From contig MU058423.1 of NCBI GenBank assembly GCA_013265495.1, forward strand, positions 6,424,939 through 6,488,938: 64,000 nucleotides of DNA, read 5' to 3'. The notes beneath the pieces were generated by a model. It saw only the letters and a program-made list of their open reading frames with translations. It ran no database searches and was not told where the DNA came from. Made by a program: the position numbers and the translations under genes. Position 1 is the first letter of the stretch; each line of letters opens with the position of its first letter. Positions 49,945 to 64,000 of this stretch are shown piece after piece. Source of the stretch: Vicugna vicugna (lineage: Eukaryota).

Positions 49945-50180
49945 GTTAATAGGCATTCCTTGGCATGTGGCTGCATCACTTCAATCTCTGCTTCAATATG
50001 CACATTTCCTTTTCCTGTGTATGTGTCTAATGGCCCTCTGCTTCTCTCTTATAAGGACACACGGAATGCCATTTAGGGCTTATCCAGATAATAGAGGATT
50101 ATCTTCTCCGTGCAGATCCTAATTTATTTACATCTGCAAAGACACATTTTCTAAATAAGCTAATATTCACAGGTTCCAGG
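49945..50180 (-). mobile_element. MLT1 LTR fragment
   Basis: ggcattccttggcatgtggctgcatcacttcaatctctgc...cttataaggacac...cacaggttccaggga. Confidence 0.8.
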
Positions 50181-50199
50181 GATCTCACTGGCATGTCAT

Positions 50200-51760
50200 G
50201 CTCTTTTTTTTGAGCTGCCTTTTATCTAATTTTGGTAATGGGGTAATACTAGCTTCACAAAATGAGCTGGGAAAATTTTCTTTCTCTTCTGTTTTCTAAA
50301 AAATGTTGTGTTGGATTGGTGTTAATTCTCCTTTAAATATTTGTTCAAATTATCCAGTGAAATTATCTGAGAGATTTCTGGAAGTTTTAAAAATTATGAA
50401 TCTAATTTCAAATTAGATTCACGTTTTTTGAGCACTTAATTAATTTAGTCTGTGTCAAATTTATGTGTAAGAGTTTTTCTGTAGTATTTTCTCTAGTATT
50501 TTCCTTATTTTATTTCCTTATGATCTTTCAGATACCTTCCAGGTCTATAATGATATCCAATTTCATTCTGATATTAGAAATTTGTATCTTTGTGTATATG
50601 GGTGTATGTGGTCTGGCTAGAGGTCTGCAAACTTTGTTGATCTTTTTGAAAAACAAATCTTTCTTCCATTAATTTTTTTTATTGTTTTATGTTTTAAATA
50701 TCTTTGATTTTTGAAAAGCTTATCTTTGTTATTTCCTTTCCTCTGCCTGTTACAGGTTTCCTGTGTTCTTTTTCTAGATGATTGAGGTGGGAGCTTAGAT
50801 AGTAGATTTAATATGTTTCCCTTTTTTCTAATGTATGTATTTAGTACCATAATTTTCCCTCTTACTAGTGCTTTAGCTGTTCACCACAAATTTTTAATAC
50901 TGTATTCCATTTTTCACTTATTTCAGTGTATAGTGTTACTTCCCTTGAGATGTGCTCTGTGACCCATAGGTCATTTAGAAATGTGCTGCTTTGCTTCCAA
51001 GTGTCAGGTGATTTTCTTGTTATTGGGCCATTAATGATTTCTGATGTTATTCCAATGATTTCTAATGCTGTAATGACTTATAATATGGCCTGTGAATACA
51101 TTATGCATGATTTCAATTATGCTGTTTGTCAAGGATATTTTTATGACCCAAGATATAGTTTACTTTGGCAGATATTCCATGGGCATTTGAAAAGAAGGTA
51201 TATTCTGCTGTTGTCAGGTGGAGGGTTCTATAAATATCAGTTGAATCTGTTGGTTAATGATGTTATTGAAATCTTCTATGTTATTTCTTATTTAATGGCC
51301 ACTAGCTTCTGGCAGGGATGAAAACCCGGGATCTCTACTTGATCATCTCTGATACCACTCTGGCAGAGAGGAGGGAAGTGCCTTGTTAAAACTTGGTTAG
51401 GAGTGACGGTCTAGCTAACTCACTTGGCTTTTGCTCTATTTTGCTGCAATAGAGCACTTACATTTTAAAAGCTTTCTGTCTCACGAGGCTTCTCCTTTCT
51501 TCATCCTCTGGCTAGACAGACCAAGCTTTTACTCAGGCTTGTTTGTTTGTTTTTTGTTTGCACCTATTGGTGTTTTGGGATTGCCATCTTCCTCAACACA
51601 CTATCTAGGATATGTGACACAGAAAGAAAACCCAGGCAACTCACCGTCATGTCATCCTTTATGTCCTGAGATTCTCAATCAGTCTCCCTTCTTCTCTACA
51701 CTTCCCAGAGTCCTTTTATGTTTGTCTTATATATAACTTCCATAGTTTTTATTTCTTAGA
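50200..51760 (-). mobile_element. Old L1 (ORF2 and 5' fragments)
   Basis: ttttggtaatggggtaatactagcttcacaaaatgagctggg...tagtgctttagctg...gggcatttgaaaaga. Confidence 0.8.
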
Positions 51761-51764
51761 TTTA

Positions 51765-52068
51765 GCTAGAATACTCTCTTTGGCAAATGAACTAGCAGAT
51801 CTGATACATGCCAGTTTAAAGATAAAGCTTTTAGAGCAATCAAATGATTTTACCACCACACTTTTCTTTTTACCATGAGAAGGCAATGTCCAAATAAGAG
51901 CTATGCTTTCCTGAATTCAGACAGAAGGCAACACAAAGCAAGGTTGCAGCCAATCTGTCACTGTCAATGTAATGTGAATGAAAAGGAAACCTTTTTCTTG
52001 TTGTAAGCCAGTGGGAGTTTGGGATTGTTTGTTATTACAGTACAATCTAGCAAAATCTACTAATTATA
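51765..52068 (+). mobile_element. MLT1I/J-like LTR fragment
   Basis: tgttgtaagccagtgggagtttgggattgtttgttattacagtacaatctagc 3' end. Confidence 0.65.
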
Positions 52069-53624
52069 CCCATGTTAAATAGGCATGACTACATTTTTTT
52101 CACATTATCTAAAACTCTCTTTATAATAACTCATTCCAGAATTTTGTTGGCATTTTATGCAAAGCTTAAAATATAGACATCCTGAAAAAAAATTTATACA
52201 TTGTGGCAAAAACAAGACATTCACTTTCCAGTTTCTAGATTTTTTTGATACCAATCCCATTTTTCAGTATTTCTCAAACACTGACAACAATACTTCTAAA
52301 TACAATTTATCTCATACAAAAAGGAAAAAGGAGAAAGTGTAAGATAGAATGGCACTATGTTTGGTGATTTTACAACTAAAGATAGAATTAATTTATACTA
52401 ACAAATTTAAGATTTTGTAGATGAGTATATACTGACTTTATATTTTCAGAGTCTGATAAAGGAAATGGCTCCCATGGACCTTCAAAATAAAAATAATAAA
52501 AATAACTTTTAAGTAAACTTTTCATGTGATATATCTATGTTGTTGCATTGTAAATGAATGTTCCTTATAAGTATAAATACGAAAATAATCTTTGTTATTT
52601 CATTTTTAAACAAAAATGTCCACTACTAAAAAAAATGAAATAAATATAAATTACACAGAAAGTAAACTTTTAATGGGAATAATAATGTTATAGGACATGG
52701 ATAAAATTTTGAGACTGCAAATTGTTGTTGACATGACCAAATCAGAGTCATTTTTGCAATCCAACAGATCAACATTTTTATCTTATTTTTAGTTTGACAC
52801 TTTCTGTAAACATTGACTCCCAAAGTTATATAAACAGAAGTAGAATCTGAGCTCCCAAAGATTATCACATAAAATATGTGTGTTTTCAAGAAATACTAGA
52901 ATTCAAGACCTTGTACATTGAATGTACATTACATCACTTTCTTTGTCTTCAAGTCAATAGAAGCTGTATCTGGCAAGGTCTCCATTCTTGATACAAAGTA
53001 TAAGAAAAAAAATATTGGTCATAATTGATACAGAAAGGAGCTCACAGAATAAGAATTCTCTCTGACAGAGCCAGCACACAAATACCAGACAACAGACCCG
53101 ACCTAGTTGCTCTACGATGTCAGCAGGCTGATAGATTTCACACTGAAGGGATGTGTTGTATTTTTTCGTAGCATACTTCAAAATTCTATGGCCAGTTTTA
53201 AAGATTTTGGAGTAGATAATAATTTCTTTATAGAGGTATCACTTTAAAACTCATTTTCTGTCCCAAGTCCAATGTGACCATTTTGACCCAGATCAGTCTG
53301 AACGTTTTAAATCACAGGGGTTTAGCACCCATTCTGCCAAGGAGCAGTGTTAGGAAAATTAATAAATAAAATGCAATGAAACTCAGACAAAACAGAGGAA
53401 AAGTATCTCCTCTGGACTCTGCCTTTCATAACCTGGGCCCTGATAGGAAAAGAGAAAGTACCCATAACAAACGAAAGATCTGGGAAAATCATGAGCTAAA
53501 GCTGAAGAAGAGAAAAGTTCCTCCCCCTTCTTAGAGCACTTTGCAACATTGCCTTTTTTTCCACACGGGCGAGCTACGTGAGAAACCAGACACAGAAGCG
53601 TGACCAGCGAAACAGAAAGAAAAG

Positions 53625-54150
53625 TGTTAGCAAACTGCAAACGGAAACCACACCGAGACACCGCCTCACATCTGATGCTTTCGCCCTCACAGCACCTTCA
53701 TTCGTAATAGCCCAAAACTGGAAAGACTCCGAAGGGCTTTTAGCAGGTCAGTGGACAAACCGTTAGGAAGCCAAACAACGTCATATTGATCAGTGATAAA
53801 AACAGAACAAACTATTGATGCACACAACAAATCTCACAAAATTACGCTGAGGTCAAAGAAGAATATGTACATCCTGCACGATTACGTTTATATTTTACTT
53901 TGGAAAATGCAAACTAACTTACAGTTGCAGAAAGCGGAAAAATGATTTCCCGAATACGGAGGCTGAGGCATGGATAGGGACAAGAGAGAGTGATTAGATC
54001 AGGTTCCAAGGAAACTGTTAGGGTTAATGGATATATTAACTTGAATATGGTGATGGATGAATATATACATAAGTCAAAATTTATCAAATTAAATACTTTA
54101 TCTAAGTACAGTTTATTGTCTGGCAAAACCACAAGAAAGTTGATTAAAAA
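53625..54150 (+). mobile_element. L1MC/L1MD-type 3' end
   Basis: ttcattcgtaatagcccaaaactggaaa...aaaatgcaaactaa...gtcaaaatttatcaaatt. Confidence 0.75.
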
Positions 54151-55205
54151 CCAAGCCAGATAAGAGTTAAGGTCTATGTTGTCAAAAATAGCAAATAGCA
54201 AATTCTTCTGAAGGCCTGAACTTTTTATTGCCCCATTTAAATTCTTCCCATCACTTTGGAATCTTGGGTCTGTGCTCACTTTTTAATTGCCCAAAAATGT
54301 TCCTTATAATCTCTACTCATATGCACTTGCAGCACACTTAAATATAATGTGCAAACCAAATTACTGCAAGAACTCAATCATTTTGTCAATATCACAACAT
54401 AAAACACAAAATGCAAGCAGGTGGAAAAGGTGTTAATGGGTTTTTAGGAAATATATGTATAAAAATAACCTCAATGCTTTATTATTATCAAGATTATAGA
54501 AGTACAAGCATTTATACAGCTGTATCAAAACACAGTATGTTGTTAATTTACATCTTAACAGTATTGAATATGTTTATGCCTTACTTTAACCAGCCTAGGA
54601 GAATTTCCTAACATTGTTTCTTTTGTTCCACATTCATGTACAGAAATGTACATTTAGAATTTTATGTTAAAGTTAAAATTTTCATATAAAGCAAACTAAA
54701 ATGGCAATTTACTGAATGAAACTATAAAGAATATAAGTCACATGACTCTCCTGAACTACATGGCCAGATAGCTGAGAGTTACTAGAACATATTAGCAAAA
54801 ACTTTCCTGGTAATCAGTCTGTGTGATTTTTTTCATGCCAGGTGACCATGATATTTCAGGAACTATAAGCAGCATTTAGCAGTGAATGTTATGATTATCC
54901 CTGTAATGACATTTTTCTTGGCATGCAAAAAATAAAGAATCAAAAACTGCCTGTTGAAAGTAAATATAGCTCCCATAAGCGGTGGTGGCTTTGAGTTAAA
55001 AACATTTTTCCTGAACATCTTTATTAAGTGCTTTAATATCAGAAATATGTTACTCACTATCAGTAGTGCTTATTCTGTGTCAAGCATTGTTCTCAGTGCT
55101 ATCTAGATATTGATTCTCTCAATCTTCATAAAAACACCATGAGGTAAATAATACTGTTATTCTAATTTTAAGAGATGCAAAACTTTGGGTTTGGGAATTG
55201 AGGTT

Positions 55206-55680
55206 GTTATGGATTGAATTGTGCCCCCTGCCCCAGTTCATGTATTAAAGTCCTAACTCCCAATGCCTCAGAACGTGAACTTTTTTCGAAATAGGATTGT
55301 TGCAGAAGTAATCAGTTAATTTAACATGAGGTCATACTGGAGGAGGGTGGGCCTCTGATCCAATATGACTGGTATTTTTATAAAAGGGAAAATTTGAAGA
55401 AACACACACACACACAAGGAGAATGCCATGTGAAGATGAAGGCAAAGATCTGGGTGGTAGAGCAAAAGGCAAACGCCAAAGAATGCCAAAGATTGCCAGC
55501 AAACCACCAGGAAGTAAGAGAGAGGCATGGAACAGAGTCACCTCCACAGCCCTCGGAACCAACCCTACCAACACCTTAATCTCACACTATTATTTCCAAA
55601 AACTTTAAGACAATACTTTCTATTGTTTAAACCTTCCAGCTTGTGGTACTTTGTTCTGACAGCTCTAGTCAGCTAAAGAC
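55206..55680 (+). mobile_element. MLT1C-like solo LTR inserted in a MIR
   Basis: tgttatggattgaattgtgcccc...gaggtcatactggagg...gccaaagattgccagcaaaccaccagg...ttgtggtactttgtt; MIR pieces on both sides. Confidence 0.9.
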
Positions 55681-57012
55681 GGGGATAGGATCCAGATGTC
55701 TGGCTCCAGAGTATGCACTATGCTATGTATTCCCAGCAAGTATTAATTGCACCATAACTCCATGTGAGAAAGGAGAAGGTCTTAGTTCTCAGAAGAGGAA
55801 AAATCAGGAGGAATCTGTGGAGCCAGGAATGTGCTGTAGTGCCCATGGGAGGAATCCAAGCATTCTGAATGACGGACTGGAGGCCTTGTGCCCCTGGAGA
55901 CGGAGTAGGAAAAGGAGAGGAAGGAGAGCCTGGTGGAAGTAAGGAAGACTGACCTAGGAGAGGTAAAATCGACTTGCAAACTCTTCGCTTGTTTTTCAGA
56001 TGTGCCTAAGAGTTTGTGCCTGAATCCTGGTGGGAAAAGAAGTCCAAGAAACAGGTGACAAAACAATATTCATTGCAAAACCAAGAGGATGACTAGAATT
56101 ACAGCAAATTGCCTCTGTCACAGAATAGCTCTCATAAATAACCTCAAGTGTGTCTGGTTTAAAATTTCAAACCAATTGACCTGCAAAAGTCAATGACCTC
56201 CTCAAACACCTTTCATCCACAAAATAACTTGCTCTGAGAAATTGTGTCCAAAAAAGAAAAAGGAAAAAAAAAAAAAAAGGACTGTTAACAAGCAGCGTTG
56301 CCAAAAAGAAAGCTAAACCTAATATAACTCTTCCTGTTGTTGTTTTCTTTGTTGTTTGTTTATTTTGGGTAGAGGACCCATTATATTCTTTCTGGAGGTG
56401 TTTGGGATTTTTTTCTTTGCAGGATAAACCCATATCTGCTCTCAAAGTTTGCAAGCTCAATTCTGACGGGTTCTTGGGTAATGAACCCACTCGGTTTCAC
56501 AGCATTGAGTTCAGGAACATTCTTGCACCAGGCAGGGTGACAGTGGGGAGTTTAGGAGTGATGGCTAAGGATGTTGTTCATGGACTGTGATGTTGCAGAG
56601 CGTTTAACCCCTAGCTGGATTTAGGAAGTTCACAGGGCCCGAGTCAGGTGGTCGCTGGCATCACATCTGAATTAAGATACATGATGGACTAGTCCCAGCT
56701 CGTGTAACTATCTGTCTAATGCTGGATCTGGCAGGAGACACGTGCTTCTAAGAGTTCTGTGTAACCTCTACATGCCAAGACTTTATCATTTGAAACTATG
56801 CATTTGTTGGTAAAATGTTGGGAGGACATGACGCTCTTCCCTCTCTCGGAGGATGTTACTGCTTTCTGTGCTGAGCATCCTATTGCAAGACAGAATCCTT
56901 CCTTCCATACCCTAAGTTAAGTAAAACCTCTCACTTTTCCATCTGATTGGAATACACACAGTTGTAATAAATACACTCTTTATCCAGGTAGTAGTGAAAT
57001 TTCACCAGGATT

Positions 57013-57097
57013 CATCTATCTAGTTATCTATCTATTATCTATCTATCTACCTATCTATCCAACTATTTACCTATTCTATCTATCCATGTGTCTATCT
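57013..57097 (+). repeat. Degenerate (TCTA)n microsatellite
   Basis: catctatctagttatctatctattatctatctatctacctatctatcc... Confidence 0.85.
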
Positions 57098-57985
57098 TCT
57101 TTTATCCTGCTTGGTACTCAGTGGAACCATTCAATTTGAGAATGAATATTATTCTCTAGCTACAGGAAAATTTTAATTTTATTTCTTTGAATATTGCCTC
57201 TACTTCTGTTGGAATTACTGTTAGATGGATCTATTCTTTTCGGATCTTTTTGTATATACCCTCTATATTTTAAATTTTTTAGGTATTTTCCATTTCTTTG
57301 ATTCTTTTACCACGAGAAATTTCCTGGCTTCAATTACCCAGTTCACTAATTAGCTATTCTTATGGGCCTATTCTATTATTATTCAGTCATTAATTTAGTT
57401 GGTTTTTTTTTCTTGGAGCCTTCATTTTTATTTCCAAGATTTCTATTTAGTTAAATTTGTAGGTGACATATTATTTCAGAGGTTATAAATACATTTTCTT
57501 ATTCCTCTAACTATATTAATTATATTTTAAGTTTCTTATTTTAAGTTTATCCTCATAAATGTTTCCTAAGATAGTAGTCCTTCTACTCATTAAATTTGAT
57601 GCCACTCTTTCACAGTGTTACTTTAAAAAAATTGGTGATTTATAGATTTTGTCTCATCTTTTTTGAGATTCTCTGGTGTGGTCCTGTGATTACAACTTTT
57701 TAAGTGTCTTGAGATATTCTTATTCTGAGCTTTAGGAATTAAATTAGTTCAAAGTCAAAATAAACACCTATATATGTTCTTCCTGGAATATAAATAGAAA
57801 TTATTCATGTTATCAACAGTGTTGATTCTATTCTTCACACTTGAAAATCAATTTCTTAGAAAAGTAGCATAAAGCAAATATAGAAGTCATTTACTTATGT
57901 TTGTGGAGCTTTGGCAAGATGAATAAAGGAAAATAGCACAGAGTCACACAGAAAGGTTAAGGAACAGGGAGGGTTTATTGGTGAA

Positions 57986-60900
57986 TGTTGAGGTCAGGTT
58001 CTCTAGAAGCAGAGCTAGACATAGAAATTCTGATATTTTCAGAGTGTACTCTCAGGAGAATGGTAGAGAAGGAAGCAGACTAGGACACGGAGAGAAAGTT
58101 AAGCAAAGATCTGGTCCTCACTGGAGACTAAATTCATCCTGGTGCCATGAGGACCTCCGAAACACAAACTAAACCTCAGTATTGCTCCTAACCTGAGGCA
58201 AGGGGGAGGTGACCTTTTGTAACCCCAAATCACTCATTCTTTAGCCTCCTCCTGACGCAGTAGCAGGGAGTGGCCAGCATAATTATCCATCTAGCCAAGG
58301 CATTTCTCTGGAGAGGGATCATCTGTGAATTCTTTGCAGCCAATATTCACAACAGGAATGTTCATGAATTTTTCAGGCTAGGTGTTAAATTGTTAGAAGC
58401 TCAAAATCAGCCATGATGTGAGACTTTATATAACAGAAATCGGCAAGTACTACAAGTCAGATTTTTTCCTCCAAAGAGCCATTTTACCTGCAACCCAATG
58501 ATATGGTGGATGAGTACCCACCTAGGGATCTGGGTGGTGCATACAAAATAGCCTATAATCTACCCCTAGCACCCCTCAGATCCACCTCTTCCTTTTCCTA
58601 GAGTCTGGTGGGTTACATTGTGAGAAAACTTATTAAAGAAAGATCTGTGGGATGAGCTACAAGTGCTACCTCAGGTTTTAGCCCCGAGGCCTAACGGATA
58701 TTCACGATCTCCCTTCTTCAGCGTACACTCAAGATTTCCTTTCCCTTCTACAGCACTTCAGTGGCGGTGGGTGGCCTGCCTGGTCACCATGCTCCGATGA
58801 GGGTGGTTGCTTTACTTGCTCATTTACAGTTAAAATGGGGCATAGGAATAATAAGAGATGCTCCAGCAGATTACCTGTGTACCAAACATATTTTTCCACA
58901 CCCTCATTATATAGCATCAGTCCTTCCTTTTCATGATATACAGGGACCACTGGTAACTTCTTTCTGTGCTCTGTGGTCTGTTGGCACTACTTTCCCAAAC
59001 AGTGGAAGCTATATGTTTAATGGAACCCTTACTTGGGTCTCCTGGCAAAACCCAGGACCTTTAGGCCAACAGTGCCTAATTTAGGGGGTCAGGAGGCACA
59101 AACTTCACAAGTGAGTCACTGGAAGTGATGGTAAATGGAGCCATTCCTACATCTATTCCTTGTATTCCACCCTCTGGGCACACAACACCCAACAATGCGT
59201 AATGGCTATTTGTTGAAGATACATGTCACAGCCTGTGGAAGGTCTAGACTGTCCAGGTCCTTTTGGATTACATTATAATAGGGGGCAAGAGAATTAACAT
59301 AGCCCTGGGACAAGACCATTGTCAATTCCATACAAATGCAAGTTATTTCTGATACTCCATCCAGATGGGTATTAAAATGACAACATTTTTCAGAGCAATA
59401 TTTTCACCACTTACCCAAGAACATGTTAATAAAGATACCGCACATAGCATAGCAAGAACAGTTGGGGCTTCTACTTGGTTAAGTTATGGTAGTGCACTGT
59501 CATCTGCCATTTTCCTTCTGGTCTTCCTCTGACTGGAGAGTTAAATGTAAATAGAAGCAGAACATTAGCACTGAATCTTAAGGGGCTTTCACTTTAGTTT
59601 TTCTACTGCAATGGATCTTACTCTACTGGTCAACCAATATGTGAGGTTTACAACTGCTAATTATTTCCATTGTAGTTGTACAATTAGGAACCAGGAAGAT
59701 GACTATGGAATAGGGCCATGGACTCTGGATCCAGGATTCCACTTATAAACAGACCTCTGATGCCCTAGTCAAGCATGGAGAAAATGATGCCCCCTCTCAC
59801 CAAAGTCAGAGCCCCGGAAGCCATTGTGATCTGCTGCCCTCCTTGCTTCTCAAAGACAAATGCTACCATCAGACTTCATCTAATCTGGGATCCTGGTTTT
59901 TTCATTGTCATTATGGGGACCAGTTTTATAGTAGCATCTCCTATCATCAGCCCTATCCTACAAAGAATAACTGCCACTAAGCTTCTCAGTGAGCTTCTGT
60001 TGCTCCCCTCACCAACACATTTCTTACTGCTTTGGAAAAGTGAGGAACAAACTTAGCTTCTACGTGTCCCTGTCTCACATAGTAAGCCCTGTCTAGCATT
60101 GCTACTTTTCCAAATATTCTTATTGCTTCCTCCACATTCTTCCTACCAAAGCTATTCTGGAATCTGTATCTAATATGACCATCACCTTTTCTAAGCTCAT
60201 TAGAGCCATCACAGCAGCATATTAGACTCGATTCCTGCAGCCTTCACTAGGGTGGTAAATTGTGTCATAAGAGTGACACATGCTGACACATTTTCTCTTA
60301 CAAAGCTTGTATTCAATCTCCCCTTCATGCTCCACCCTCCATACGTACTCCTAGGCATTCTTTGCTGGTTATGGCTGTTCTCTTCCACTCTTGCATTACC
60401 ATACTCAGCACTTCCAAACCATAGGAAGTATGTTGAGATTTAACCCTAATCATGGGTCTGCTGGTCAGGAGGGGAAGTGGAGACACATCCTGAGGAGGAC
60501 AAGCACTATCTCCTAAGGCATCTGCACTGGAGTCCTTTACGTAATATTCAAACAAGTGATGAGGGGAGTATAACCACTTTTCCAATTGGTGAAACAAATA
60601 TTTCTGGGGAACTAGAGAGTTCAGGAAAATCTGGGAGCTCAGTACTCCCTAGTTCATCTACTCACGTATCTCCTTCTTTGGTTTGAGGACCCAAATCCTT
60701 CCTTACGAGAGATTGTTTTTGACAGAGGAAACTTCACTGGGCTGATAATTTCAGCCCTTGAAATTCTGACACTCTCGTAATTAGGTCCTGGGCCTGGTCT
60801 TTCGCTGTGTCTGCCCACTGACTGCAGGAGGTAAATGTCCTCTTAAGTTCGGCCAAGGAGGCCCTTTGGCCTTCACACTTTGCTTTATGTATTGTTAATA

Positions 60901-61530
60901 GATTAATCAATTGGAATCTGTCATGCTATATTTTCAATGAATTAATGGGACTTAGTGACAACCATCGCTCTTGGGTTTACTAGATGTGAAAGTTGAGCAC
61001 TTGCACGGTTACACCATTATAGGGACTGTCAGTCACCCACCTATGATGTGACAAGATCCTTACTGCCCTTTGGAGGGACAAGGGATCTCCCTCCAGAATA
61101 CTTTTCCTTGAGTCGGCTTCCTAGCACCACTCACAACAGAACATTACAACGTTAACTCAGGTTTCCTAGAAGCAGGTGGAGGTAGAAGTTTTTACCAAGT
61201 GATTTGTCCAAGACTATTCAGAAGAGAAAAAAAAGAAAAGAAAAACAGTGCAGGAGAAAAAGCTAACCAAGATTTGGTGTTGTCCCACAGAGAGTTCTAG
61301 AGCATAAATTGTGTCACCAAGTTGGTCCCATCTGAAGCAAGGGGTCATCTTTTTTTGTAGTCATTTACTGGATGTTGAACCTTAGGGTGGAAATTATTAT
61401 AAATTATATATTTTCCCAGGCAAGGAGAAAGATACAACCTAATGGTTGTACTTAGATACTAATGTATCTAAGACCCGCCAAAGCTAGGAAGTGGGTGCAC
61501 CAGACTGATGAAATGGATCAGGCTTGGATG
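57986..61530 (-). mobile_element. ERVL (LTR16 / ERV3-16A3-like) provirus remnant: LTR ~57986-58557, internal with gag and dUTPase relics, LTR ~61150-61530
   Basis: Two LTR16-like copies (tcaggttt/ctctagaagcag...). Minus-strand ORF relics PLPLLTSRPMIRVKSQH (ERVL gag-like) and YNEGVEKYVWYTGNLLEHLLLFLCPILTVNEQVKQP (ERVL dUTPase-like). Confidence 0.8.
58355..58500 (+). mobile_element. MER63-like hAT-Blackjack element inside LTR16
   Basis: aaaatcagccatgatgtgagactttatataacagaaatcggcaagtactacaagtcag. Confidence 0.65.
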
Positions 61531-61759
61531 TTAACGGTATGTATTATAGTGAGACTTAAAAGTCAAGATCAGTGAGCAAGCACAGAAGTTTGTCTGGAGA
61601 ATATGTTGGATTTGCAGTAGATTTATATAAAGGAAAAGAGATGTTTCTTCTTTTTTGCTTTTCTCTTTTATGGGACCAGAGTGAGGAGCGTTTTGTACAA
61701 AGAGAAGAAAAGCTTTTATTTTTGCATCACTTTCTTCTCTGTAAGCATGCCATGGGTGA

Positions 61760-62170
61760 AGGAGGGGTGTTCTTGCACCCATTAAGGACTGTTTTTTTGT
61801 TTGCTATAGTCTTGTGGGACTTGTAGATGCAGGCTCCTTTGGCTTTAAGAGCCATTTGTTTCCGATGCTTGCCCCTCCTGTAGAAATATTGGGAAACTAG
61901 AAGTGCAATTGAAACTCTCCATTCCTTAGGGAGAAGTTGAGAACTGGGTGTTCCCCCTCTACTGTGCGGTGCTTTGCCGGGGATGGGATTTATGGTGACA
62001 GGTTGTCTCAGCCTGTCCTATAGGCATTTGCTCACTAATCTGATGTATAGGAATCTCTCAGCTAGTTTCTGGATTTCTCTCAGAGGCAATTGCTCCAAGT
62101 ACCGTGGTATGTTTGGTGCATCCATGTGAGGAAGAAAATTTAGGATCTTCCAAAGTCATTATCTCAGTCT
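61760..62170 (-). mobile_element. L1MA9/L1MB-type 5' end
   Basis: tttgctatagtcttgtgggac...tctctcagctagtttctggatttctctcagagg signature. Confidence 0.7.
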
Positions 62171-64000
62171 CTCCTTCCTCTCTATAATCTTTTGTAATAG
62201 ATCCTGAGCTTTGCTCGTATTTTTAGGATTTTTATCTATATTCATAAAACACATTAGTCTATTGTTTTCTTGTGAGATCCTTGTCTGGTTTTGGTATTAG
62301 CAACTATAGAATTTTTATTTTCAGTTGTTTTATTTCCTTTGGAGAATTTCATTTAAATTATATATAAATTTTATTTGTATTCCAGTTCTCTGGTAATATT
62401 TATCATTTTATAATATATGTTTCTAAGTACATCATACATTTTAAATTCTGTATTTGTTAATGACAATCTCTGGATCATCTCAGTGTCTGTGTTTTTCAGA
62501 AAATTTTAAATGAATACCAGACACTTTGCATAAAAACACTGCAGATACACTGATTGCTACCTTCTTCAGAGAGCATTTTCTTTAACTGCTGATTAGCAGT
62601 TACGAGTGGATGAATCCAAGTAGAGATAGCAAATTAGACAGCGACTTTCAGGAAGTGTTTGTAAAGCCTGGCTTATTTGGGTGACAATCCCAGGTATAGA
62701 AGCTGTAGTTTGTAGTGCTACAAAAGAAAACCTTCTCTTGTACCCTTATCTCAGATTTGCATTTCCTTAGCACCTTGAGACTTCTCAGCTTCAAACTTCC
62801 TGCCTAGCTACTCAACCTCTCAGTTTATCTTGTGTCAGTAAAGGGCTGAAGACGGAAAGAAGCTCAGGTTTTCTGAAATCTCTGATCTCCATTTCTATCC
62901 AGTTTCTTGAGCTCTCAAATCCTGAATCATGGATAAGCCTGAATTCCAATTTTGTCTTCCTTGACTTAACGAGACTGCTACAAGCTCTGATCAGCTTTGA
63001 CTCTCAATAGCTATTTTCTGCTCATATTGTCAGCCCTCAACTACATGGCTGTGCCTCAGCAAAAGCCTGGATGATGAAAGCAGAATGTGATGTCACCAAA
63101 ACTTCAATGAGTTTAGCTTCTTTTGGAATTTTGGCCTTGGTAGGATTTATTTTAAAAATTCTACATAACATTTTTCATTTGTACTTAGTCAATGGATAGA
63201 TCACACAGATTTGAAATGGTATTTGTGATGGCTGAAGTAATTAAATATAAAGAAAGAGAGTAGTTTTGAAAACGTGGTTGAGGTCGTTGGAATGCACAGA
63301 CAAGGCAGAAATTATACTGTTGAAGATGGAAATATTCCTCTCCCAATTTAACACACCGCAAAAACCAAAGAAGAAATAAATTTTAGTTATTATGTATAAA
63401 CATAAACCTTTCAAAACATATGCAATTTTTAAATTACAATTTCTGAAAACTGAAGGGACAAATAAAGTTGGGAGGTGAGAATCATCTACAAATTATTTTA
63501 TTTGTTTTAAAATTAAAATACTGTGTATCTTCATGAAATACTAGTTCACCAAACAGGAACAACTTTGCTTTTCCTATGATTAAGATCCTATTCCAAATTG
63601 TAGAGGTTTTTCAGGAACCACCAATCTCATGATACTGCATTAAAGTCATCATGTATGCGAAGCCTGATACATTTGACCGTGTGAACAACTGAGGACGACA
63701 GAGCTTCCTCCTTTGGAATCTAGAGATGATGCATGTTTTGCAGTCCTCCAGGTGCCTGCCCTCGGTGAAACATTTGACTAAACAAACAAACAAGCCAGGA
63801 AGAAAGACCAAGGGAGGCATATTTTTAGGAGTATTACATTAATCGTAACTAATAAAATCGGGGATTTTTTTGTTGTAATATGTTGAATGAGTCTTGGTAT
63901 ACTTCTTCCAATTAAGCCAAGGGTTTCTTCCCTCAATTCCATGTAACCTCATGATTTTGTCAAATCCACATAACTCTGCATGGGCAATTCTGTTCAATTC

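Noticed and set aside
927..63820. The ORF track as protein-coding genes
   Set aside because: All ORFs are 152 aa or shorter, many with non-ATG starts, mostly in repeats or microsatellites. None resembles a known cellular protein; only ERVL relics are recognisable.
63611..63820. Minus-strand ORF/exon with an acceptor at 63777
   Set aside because: Plausible acceptor but no clear donor and no recognisable protein.

Overview
AT-rich, CpG-depleted eutherian mammal genomic DNA, probably a cetartiodactyl and most likely a camelid. This is inferred from the young L1 3'-end type and the apparent lack of Alu, B1, Bov-tA, PRE or Can-SINE elements. A large part of the window is decayed transposable elements: L1, L2, MIR, MaLR/ERVL proviral remnants, lineage-specific ERV1-type solo LTRs, and hAT and Tigger DNA elements. 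Repeat families were recognised by eye from remembered consensus sequences, so subfamily names and boundaries are approximate. I cannot identify any protein-coding gene, rRNA, tRNA, CRISPR array or prokaryotic system; the supplied ORFs are mostly chance or repeat-derived. The most striking structure is a ~365-bp, ~90+% identical inverted repeat (40053-40415 / 41938-42312) around a 1.5-kb spacer. Its arms are mostly non-TE sequence, each begins with an inward-facing GTAAGT splice donor, and the spacer holds a candidate exon. Several small, well-formed minus-strand candidate exons suggest, but do not prove, an unannotated spliced transcript crossing the window.
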